Shown: positions 63,484-64,000 of the stretch, in pieces
How the letters are laid out: each line of letters begins with the position of its first letter
Position numbering within the stretch: the stretch's first letter is position 1
Assembly: GCA_963816395.1 (NCBI GenBank)
Contig: CAWFKQ010000014.1
Location: 1 to 64,000, forward strand
Direction of reading: 5' to 3'
Length of the DNA: 64,000 bases
Source: an uncultured delta proteobacterium
GTDB taxonomy: Bacteria > Desulfobacterota > Desulfuromonadia > Desulfuromonadales > JACZKF01
Notes under the pieces: generated by a model
Database searches by the model: none
Told to the model about the DNA's origin: nothing
What the model saw: only the letters and a program-made list of their open reading frames with translations
Program-made: the position numbers and the translations under genes

Positions 63484-64000
63484 ATGAGCCGCAAAAACCT
63501 CGCCGAAGAAAGAACAAGGGAAGACCTGCTTTTCGAGATTGCAGAGTTGCGGGCCCGTCTCGCATCCCTCGAGGCGAGTGGCCGCAGATCGGACCAGAAC
63601 GGCGGCAGAGGTGAGCAGGGGCCACCAGGGGGCGGGCATAGCTGCACCCGTTGGAACCGGCCGAGCGGGCCCTGCGCGAAAGTGAAGAGCAACTGCGCAT
63701 CCTCTTTGACAGCGCCCCGGTCGGCATGATCGTGGTCGATCCGGTCGACCTGAAATTTTTGCAGGTCAACCGCAAAGCCCTCGAACTCTCCGGCTTCACC
63801 CGGGAGGAATTCGACCACCTGACGGTTCTCGATTTCGAAGCCCATTTCCCTCCCGACGAAGTCAGCGCCAGAGGACAAAAATACAGTCGCGAAGGGTGGC
63901 ACCAGTTCGACACCCGGATACGCACCCGGCAGGGGAAGCTGCATGATCTGCGGGTCACCGGCGAGTCGGTCCAACTGGGTGGACGCCCCTATCTCCTGCA
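63484..64000 (+). CDS. PAS-domain signal transduction protein, frameshifted, runs off the window
   Basis: RTREDLLFEIAELRARL coiled coil, then LFDSAPVGMIVVD..VNRKALELSGFTREEF in another frame. Confidence 0.7.

Overview
GC-rich bacterial DNA. Gene content and codon style point to an anaerobic Desulfuromonadales/Geobacter-like deltaproteobacterium (inference). The left third (1-19 kb) is a patchwork: an RND permease, hcp with an HcpR-type class II promoter, a penicillin/AHL acylase, wrbA, DoxX, a run of gene fragments, TetR, an RpoS-like sigma factor, an RraA-like protein and an MFS transporter. From 17-29 kb there is a QseBC/PmrAB-like module (asnB, PepSY, HK, RR, RND pump, PAP2) tied together by four CTTAAG-N5-CTTAAG boxes, with a collapsed 'ghost' copy of its own 3' half. 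A stand-alone DnaE2-type polymerase converges on udgX at 31.5-35.4 kb. The highlight is a ~21 kb co-oriented minus-strand block (36.3-57.4 kb). It joins a variant mycofactocin cluster (mftA missed by the ORF track, mftB, mftC, an OYE/TMADH-like flavoprotein, FixBCX/FixA-type ETF, mftF; no mftD or mftE) to a tungsten aldehyde:ferredoxin oxidoreductase, W-cofactor maturation genes, a P3-less Moco/Wco riboswitch, TaoR and tungstate uptake genes. The mftA and aor promoters are both consensus sigma-54 promoters and share an identically placed 17-bp motif. Many genes at 36-64 kb carry single-base frameshifts that look more like sequencing/assembly error than decay. No rRNA, tRNA, CRISPR array or intact mobile element was seen.
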